Assembly: GCF_000621645.1 (NCBI RefSeq) | Contig: NZ_KK211322.1 | Coordinates: 200,756-232,755, forward strand | Length of the DNA: 32,000 nucleotides | Direction of reading: 5' to 3' | Source of the DNA: Vibrio cholerae ATCC 14035 | Lineage (GTDB): Bacteria; Pseudomonadota; Gammaproteobacteria; Enterobacterales; Vibrionaceae | In this document: in pieces, positions 26,886-32,000 of the stretch | Layout of the letters: each line of letters opens with the position of its first letter | How positions within the stretch are numbered: position 1 is the stretch's first letter | Made by a program: the position numbers and the translations under genes | The notes under the pieces: generated by a model | Database searches by the model: none | Told to the model about the DNA's origin: nothing | Seen by the model: only the letters and a program-made list of their open reading frames with translations

Positions 26886-27860
26886 ATGGCTCATCAGATT
26901 GAATTAACTCAAACAGTAAAAGATAGCCAGCTTGGTCAACGTCTTGATCAAGCTGTGGCTGAATTATTTACCGACTTTTCCCGCTCACGTTTAAAAGAGT
27001 GGTTGTTGGAAGGCAAGATTGCCGTGAATGGTGATGTCATCACCAAACCGCGTACCAAAGTGATGGGTGGCGAGGTGATTACCGTTCAGGCAGAACTGGA
27101 AGACGAACAGCGCTGGGAAGCGCAGGATTTGCCACTGAACATTGTGTATGAAGATGACGACATTATCGTTATTAACAAACCGCGTGACTTTGTGGTTCAC
27201 CCCGGTGCTGGTCAGGCGGATAAAACCGTGCTTAACGCATTGCTGTTCCATTATCCGCCGATTGCTGAAGTGCCACGTGCAGGCATCGTCCATCGTCTCG
27301 ATAAAGATACAACGGGTTTGATGGTGGTCGCGAAAACGGTTCCCGCGCAAACACGCTTGGTACGTGCACTACAAAAGCGCGACGTGACTCGTGAGTACGA
27401 AGCGATTGTGATTGGCACAATGACCGCGGGTGGCATGATTGATAAGCCGATTGGCCGTCACTCGACCAAACGTACTTTAATGTCGGTCTCTCCGATGGGC
27501 AAACATGCCGTGACCCATTACCGTGTGGCAGAGCATTTCCGTGAACATACGCGTTTGCGTCTACGTTTGGAAACGGGTCGTACCCACCAAATTCGTGTGC
27601 ACATGGCTTATCTGCAACACCCACTCTTGGGTGATACGGCTTATGGTGGTCGTGCACGCATTCCGAAAGGTGCGACGGAAGAGCTGACGGAAATGATTCG
27701 TGACTTCGATCGCCAAGCACTGCACGCGGTGATGTTGAAATTTGAGCATCCGGTTACGGGGGAAGAGCTCGAATTCCATGCACCAGTGCCTGATGATATG
27801 GTTGAGATGACGCTTGCACTGCGTGAAGATGCGAAGCTAAACCGCACTGAAGAGTATTAA
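26886..27860 (+). CDS. rluD: 23S rRNA pseudouridine(1911/1915/1917) synthase
   Basis: 324 aa with an S4 domain and a RluA-family catalytic core (GIVHRLDKDTTGLMVVAKT, ETGRTHQIRVHMA). It is nearly collinear with E. coli RluD and divergent from bamD as in E. coli. Confidence 0.95.
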   Translation: MAHQIELTQTVKDSQLGQRLDQAVAELFTDFSRSRLKEWLLEGKIAVNGDVITKPRTKVMGGEVITVQAELEDEQRWEAQDLPLNIVYEDDDIIVINKPRDFVVHPGAGQADKTVLNALLFHYPPIAEVPRAGIVHRLDKDTTGLMVVAKTVPAQTRLVRALQKRDVTREYEAIVIGTMTAGGMIDKPIGRHSTKRTLMSVSPMGKHAVTHYRVAEHFREHTRLRLRLETGRTHQIRVHMAYLQHPLLGDTAYGGRARIPKGATEELTEMIRDFDRQALHAVMLKFEHPVTGEELEFHAPVPDDMVEMTLALREDAKLNRTEEY

Positions 27861-27862
27861 TC

Positions 27863-28585
27863 ATGATTCTCCCCAACTGGAATGCACCCAAACAAGTCAA
27901 AGCGTTTAGTTCGACTCGCCAAGGTGGTTTTTCGCAAGGCGCTTATCAAGGGTTAAACCTTGGTATGCATGTTGGGGACGATCCTGTACTTGTACTGCGT
28001 AATCGGCAATCGTTGGTGGAAATATCCGCGATGCCAAGCTCACCCATTTGGCTAAACCAGACCCATTCCACAGTGGTACTCGATGTTGATGCTCCGACTG
28101 AACAAGTGTTGGATGCCGATGGCCTCATCACTTCAACGCCGAATGTGGTGTGCTCAGCGATGACGGCCGATTGCCTGCCAGTATTAATGACCAATCGTAC
28201 TGGTACCCAAGTCGCGGCTGTACATGCCGGTTGGCGTGGTTTGGTCAATGGTATTGTTGAACACACAGCGGCAAGAATGTCTGGCGATGTCATGGTGTGG
28301 CTTGGCCCTGCAATTGGCGCGCAGGCGTTTGAAGTGGGGGAAGATGTTTTCGCCGCTTTTGTTGCTCACCATCCTCAAGCCGAATACGCTTTCACTCCTC
28401 GTGCACAACAAGGGAAATGGCTGGCGGATATGAGCCAATTAGTCAAACTGCGTTTGCAAGAACTTGGGATTGAACAAGTCTTTGATAGTGGCTTGTGCAC
28501 TTATCAGGATGCTGAGCGTTTTTATTCCTACCGCCGCGATGGAGTAACAGGACGCCAAGCCGCTTTTATTTGGCTTGAAGAGTAA
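27863..28585 (+). CDS. pgeF: Peptidoglycan editing factor / purine nucleoside phosphorylase-like YfiH (DUF152) family
   Basis: 240 aa with YfiH family motifs (NQTHS..., TADCLPV, AAVHAGWRGL, YSYRRDG). It starts 2 nt after the rluD stop. Confidence 0.9.
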   Translation: MILPNWNAPKQVKAFSSTRQGGFSQGAYQGLNLGMHVGDDPVLVLRNRQSLVEISAMPSSPIWLNQTHSTVVLDVDAPTEQVLDADGLITSTPNVVCSAMTADCLPVLMTNRTGTQVAAVHAGWRGLVNGIVEHTAARMSGDVMVWLGPAIGAQAFEVGEDVFAAFVAHHPQAEYAFTPRAQQGKWLADMSQLVKLRLQELGIEQVFDSGLCTYQDAERFYSYRRDGVTGRQAAFIWLEE

Positions 28586-28634
28586 GCCTTCATCCATACC
28601 CATATCAAACAACAAGAAAGTTTCCTCAACTTCC

Positions 28635-28663
28635 CTTGAAAATCTGGTTCGTGATAACCATCT
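28635..28663 (+). promoter_or_regulatory. Sigma32 (heat-shock) promoter of clpB
   Basis: CTTGAAA (28635-28641)-N14-AACCATCT (28656-28663), compared with the sigma32 consensus CTTGAAA-N13/14-CCCCATNT. It lies about 47 nt upstream of the clpB ATG. Confidence 0.6.
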
Positions 28664-28709
28664 TTCCTAACGTATTCAATTTATCTCAGATGAGGTTAGG
28701 AAGGTTGGT

Positions 28710-31283
28710 ATGCGTCTTGACAGATTTACGAGCAAATTTCAGATCGCGATTTCCGATGCCCAGTCATTAGCGCTCGGCCGTGATCATCAATATATCGAAC
28801 CTGTGCACCTGATGGTGGCTCTGCTGGATCAAAACGGCAGCCCGATCCGCCCATTACTCACCATGCTTAATGTGGATGTGATGCAACTGCGCTCCAAACT
28901 TGGCGAAATGCTCGATCGTTTACCCAAAGTCAGTGGTATTGGTGGTGATGTACAGCTCTCTTCGGCGCTTGGCTCGCTGTTTAATCTGTGTGATAAGGTT
29001 GCGCAAAAGCGTCAAGATGCCTACATCTCCTCTGAAATTTATCTCCTCGCCGCTTTGGAAGATAAAGGTCCACTTGGAACCTTGCTCAAAGAGTTCGGGC
29101 TGACCGAGAAAAAAGTCTCTGATGCAATTGAAAAAATTCGTGGAGGCCAGAAGGTCTATGACCCGAATGCGGAAGAGCTGCGTCAAGCGTTGGAAAAATT
29201 CACCATCGATCTCACTGAACGCGCTGAGCAGGGCAAACTCGATCCTGTGATCGGTCGTGATGATGAAATTCGCCGCACCATTCAAGTGCTGCAGCGTCGT
29301 ACCAAAAACAACCCAGTGATCATCGGTGAACCCGGTGTGGGTAAAACTGCGATTGTGGAAGGCTTGGCGCAGCGCATCATTAATAATGAAGTACCAGAAG
29401 GCCTGCGTGGACGCCGCGTATTGTCTTTAGATATGGGCGCGCTGGTGGCTGGGGCGAAATACCGCGGCGAATTTGAAGAGCGCTTGAAATCAGTACTCAA
29501 TGAGCTAGCGAAAGAAGAAGGCAATATCATCCTCTTCATTGATGAGCTGCACACCATGGTTGGTGCGGGGAAAGGCGAAGGCTCGATGGATGCTGGCAAC
29601 ATGCTCAAACCCGCTTTGGCGCGTGGAGAATTGCACTGTGTCGGCGCAACCACTTTAGATGAGTACCGCCAATACATCGAAAAAGATCCAGCGTTAGAGC
29701 GCCGCTTCCAAAAAGTGTTGGTGGATGAGCCCACGGTGGAAGATACCATCGCCATCTTGCGTGGATTGAAAGAGCGTTACGAACTGCATCACCATGTCGA
29801 AATCACAGATCCAGCGATTGTGGCGGCAGCGAGCCTATCGCATCGCTATATTTCCGATCGCCAGTTGCCTGATAAAGCGATCGATTTGATCGATGAAGCG
29901 GCTTCAAGCATCCGGATGCAGATTGACTCCAAACCAGAAGCTCTGGATAAGCTTGAGCGCAAAATCATCCAACTGAAAATCGAGCAGCAAGCGCTCTCTA
30001 ATGAGCACGATGAAGCCAGTGAAAAACGCTTGGCGATCTTAAATGAAGAGCTGCAAGAGAAAGAGCGTGATTACGCGGAGTTGGAAGAAGTGTGGAAAGC
30101 TGAAAAGGCGGCACTCTCCGGCACGCAACATATTAAAGCGGCACTTGAACAAGCGCGGATGGATCTGGAAGTCGCTCGCCGTGCGGGGGATTTGAACCGC
30201 ATGTCAGAGCTGCAATATGGTCGCATTCCAGAGCTAGAAAAGCAGCTTGATCTGGCTGCGCAAGCCGAAATGCAGGAAATGACTCTGCTACGTAATAAAG
30301 TGACGGATGCAGAAATTGCCGAAGTGCTTTCAAAACAGACTGGCATTCCAGTATCAAAAATGCTCGAAGCCGAGAAAGAAAAGTTGCTTCGCATGGAAGA
30401 AGTGCTGCATAAACGCGTGATTGGTCAAAAAGAAGCGGTGGAAGTGGTCGCGAATGCGATTCGCCGCAGTCGCGCAGGCCTTTCTGATCCAAATCGTCCG
30501 ATTGGCTCCTTCTTATTCTTGGGGCCAACAGGGGTCGGTAAAACCGAGCTGTGTAAAACCTTGGCTAACTTCCTGTTTGACAGTGAAGATGCCATGGTAC
30601 GTGTGGATATGTCGGAATTTATGGAGAAACACTCGGTTGCTCGTTTAGTCGGTGCGCCTCCAGGTTATGTCGGCTATGAAGAAGGTGGCTACTTAACGGA
30701 AGCGGTGCGCCGTAAACCTTACTCGGTGATTTTGCTCGATGAAGTGGAAAAGGCGCACCCAGATGTCTTCAATATTCTGCTGCAAGTCTTGGATGATGGC
30801 CGCTTGACGGACGGGCAAGGGCGCACGGTTGATTTTCGAAATACCGTGGTGATCATGACCTCCAACTTGGGTTCAAGCCGTATCCAAGAAAATTTTGCAA
30901 GGTTGGATTATCAAGGTATCAAAGAACAAGTGATGGACGTAGTCAGCAAACACTTCCGCCCTGAGTTCTTGAACCGAGTGGATGAAAGTGTGGTATTCCA
31001 TCCATTAGGACAAGAGCATATTAAGTCTATCGCCTCTATTCAGTTGGCCCGCCTACGTCAACGTTTGGCAGAGCGAGATTACCAACTAGAGGTTGATGAT
31101 GAGGCGCTGGATCTGATTGCTCATGTCGGCTTCGATCCGGTTTACGGTGCTCGTCCACTGAAACGCGCGATTCAGCAAAATGTGGAAAACCCACTGGCCA
31201 AATCTATTCTGGCTGGTAAGTTCCTGCCTGGTTCACCTATTTTACTATCGGTAAAAGACGGGAATATTTTCGCAAGCCAGTAG
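28710..31283 (+). CDS. clpB: Hsp100/Clp disaggregase ClpB
   Basis: 857 aa, collinear and highly similar to E. coli ClpB. It has the N-domain, both AAA+ modules ([15 protein letters not shown] and [12 protein letters not shown]) and the coiled-coil M-domain. Confidence 0.97.
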   Translation: MRLDRFTSKFQIAISDAQSLALGRDHQYIEPVHLMVALLDQNGSPIRPLLTMLNVDVMQLRSKLGEMLDRLPKVSGIGGDVQLSSALGSLFNLCDKVAQKRQDAYISSEIYLLAALEDKGPLGTLLKEFGLTEKKVSDAIEKIRGGQKVYDPNAEELRQALEKFTIDLTERAEQGKLDPVIGRDDEIRRTIQVLQRRTKNNPVIIGEPGVGKTAIVEGLAQRIINNEVPEGLRGRRVLSLDMGALVAGAKYRGEFEERLKSVLNELAKEEGNIILFIDELHTMVGAGKGEGSMDAGNMLKPALARGELHCVGATTLDEYRQYIEKDPALERRFQKVLVDEPTVEDTIAILRGLKERYELHHHVEITDPAIVAAASLSHRYISDRQLPDKAIDLIDEAASSIRMQIDSKPEALDKLERKIIQLKIEQQALSNEHDEASEKRLAILNEELQEKERDYAELEEVWKAEKAALSGTQHIKAALEQARMDLEVARRAGDLNRMSELQYGRIPELEKQLDLAAQAEMQEMTLLRNKVTDAEIAEVLSKQTGIPVSKMLEAEKEKLLRMEEVLHKRVIGQKEAVEVVANAIRRSRAGLSDPNRPIGSFLFLGPTGVGKTELCKTLANFLFDSEDAMVRVDMSEFMEKHSVARLVGAPPGYVGYEEGGYLTEAVRRKPYSVILLDEVEKAHPDVFNILLQVLDDGRLTDGQGRTVDFRNTVVIMTSNLGSSRIQENFARLDYQGIKEQVMDVVSKHFRPEFLNRVDESVVFHPLGQEHIKSIASIQLARLRQRLAERDYQLEVDDEALDLIAHVGFDPVYGARPLKRAIQQNVENPLAKSILAGKFLPGSPILLSVKDGNIFASQ

Positions 31284-31306
31284 CAGATACCTTATCTATC
31301 ATAAGT

Positions 31307-31335
31307 AAAAGAGCCACTTTGAGTGGCTCTTTTGC
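31307..31335 (+). terminator. clpB terminator
   Basis: AGAGCCAC (31310-31317) pairs with GTGGCTCT (31323-31330), followed by TTTT. It begins about 25 nt after the clpB stop. Confidence 0.8.
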
Positions 31336-31427
31336 TTGTTAATTGAACGATGAAGTGCGTTTTTTAGTGGTTTTGCTGTTAATTTGTTCTCTTGAGCTAA
31401 TAAAGCATAGAAAAAGCATTTTATTGC

Positions 31428-31455
31428 TTGCCAGAACGCAAAACCTCCCTATAAT
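31428..31455 (+). promoter_or_regulatory. rrn P1-type promoter
   Basis: TTGCCA-N16-TATAAT followed by a GC-rich discriminator CCGCCCTC. An AT-rich UP-like tract lies upstream (31399-31425). It closely resembles my recollection of E. coli rrnB P1 (TTGTCA-N16-TATAAT-GCGCCACC). Confidence 0.65.
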
Positions 31456-31544
31456 CCGCCCTCACTGACACGGCAGACGCCATAAGGTCTCAAGGCTAGT
31501 CAGTAAGGCTAAAACGCTTCGATGAAGAAAGTTGAAAAAAGTGT

Positions 31545-31572
31545 TTGACACGAAATCGATTCTCGCTAAAAT
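31545..31572 (+). promoter_or_regulatory. rrn P2-type promoter
   Basis: TTGACA (31545-31550)-N16-TAAAAT (31567-31572) followed by the GC-rich discriminator GGCCGCC. Confidence 0.6.
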
Positions 31573-31606
31573 GGCCGCCTCTTCTGAAGCAGACCGCCAA
31601 GAAGAG

Positions 31607-31619
31607 CGCTCTTTAACAA
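31607..31619 (+). promoter_or_regulatory. rrn leader boxA antitermination element
   Basis: CGCTCTTTAACAA has one mismatch to the boxA consensus TGCTCTTTAACAA. It lies between P2 and the mature 16S 5' end. Confidence 0.7.
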
Positions 31620-31784
31620 TATAAACCAATCAATCTGTGTGGGCACTCGTTGATGATAATCAAAAAAGAATTATCAATGAACTGAGTGACCATTTGAATG
31701 AGCAATCATTCAGCACAGTCAATTCACTATCGAAAGATAGTATCAGTATTCATTGAGCCGAAGCGAAAGCTTCATAAAACTTTT

Positions 31785-32000
31785 AATTGAAGAGTTTGAT
31801 CATGGCTCAGATTGAACGCTGGCGGCAGGCCTAACACATGCAAGTCGAGCGGCAGCACAGAGGAACTTGTTCCTTGGGTGGCGAGCGGCGGACGGGTGAG
31901 TAATGCCTGGGAAATTGCCCGGTAGAGGGGGATAACCATTGGAAACGATGGCTAATACCGCATAACCTCGCAAGAGCAAAGCAGGGGACCTTCGGGCCTT
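31785..32000 (+). rRNA. rrs: 16S ribosomal RNA, 5' portion (continues beyond the window)
   Basis: It begins AATTGAAGAGTTTGATCATGGCTCAGATTGAACGCTGGCGGCAGGCCTAACACATGCAAGTCGAGCGG, the universal bacterial 16S 5' end. The V1 region (GCAGCACAGAGGAACTTGTTCCTTGGGTGGCGAGCGG) looks Vibrio cholerae-like to me. Confidence 0.97.

Noticed and set aside
29143-29156. A possible internal translation start producing the short ClpB isoform, as at GTG codon 149 in E. coli.
   Set aside because: Codon 149 here (29154-29156) is GTC, not a start codon, although an SD-like GGAGG (29143-29147) is retained upstream. There is no in-frame ATG, GTG or TTG within a suitable distance, so the sequence does not support the isoform.
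29282-29755. A long antisense ORF (157 aa) lies inside clpB. Similar shadow ORFs include 4990-5451, 5710-6144, 16646-17092, 27232-27720, 8826-9233 and 813-1142.
   Set aside because: Each lies fully or largely antisense or out of frame within a strongly supported conserved gene. Their composition is skewed and low-complexity (Ser/Arg/Pro/Ala rich). None has a convincing SD or any recognisable family resemblance. They are typical frame-shadow ORFs.

Overview
This window reads as conserved core chromosome of a Vibrio, most likely Vibrio cholerae chromosome 1. The evidence is the 16S rRNA 5' end at 31785-32000 plus a gene order that, from memory and unverified here, matches roughly VC0682-VC0711 of N16961. 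All 28 protein genes I call are intact and belong to recognisable families.

Gene order:
- ileS (3' end), lspA, fkpB, ispH
- a CstA-family transporter (minus strand)
- a small lipoprotein and an NhaP-type cation/proton antiporter
- murQ and anmK (minus), divergent from nagZ: a peptidoglycan-recycling cluster
- a LytS-type kinase with a LytTR response regulator (minus)
- aroF-tyrA
- a single-domain PilZ protein, ettA, slt, trpR, yjjX
- mbaA and nspS (minus): polyamine-responsive c-di-GMP signalling
- pheA with its leader peptide and attenuator, raiA, bamD (all minus)
- rluD, yfiH/pgeF, clpB
- the promoter region and start of an rrn operon

I found no IS element, integrase, phage gene, CRISPR array, toxin-antitoxin pair or defence-island signature, and composition looks uniform by eye. 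I therefore do not claim a new biological system.

The observations worth following up are regulatory and sit outside the ORF track:
- A perfectly phased triple direct repeat upstream of the CstA-family gene looks like the operator for the LytTR regulator encoded 5.6 kb away.
- A 15-codon Phe-rich leader ORF with alternative hairpins precedes pheA.
- TyrR boxes precede aroF.
- Two CRP boxes lie in the long raiA-bamD spacer, and the distal one has no obvious target.
- Paired GCTGWCAGC palindromes bracket a near-consensus nspS-mbaA promoter.
- A 9-kb block carrying c-di-GMP genes at both edges splits an otherwise E. coli-like aroF-tyrA / pheA...clpB-rrn neighbourhood.

Several ORF-track starts look over-extended at the N terminus (plzA, trpR, yjjX, nspS, bamD, possibly ispH), and I give corrected coordinates for them.
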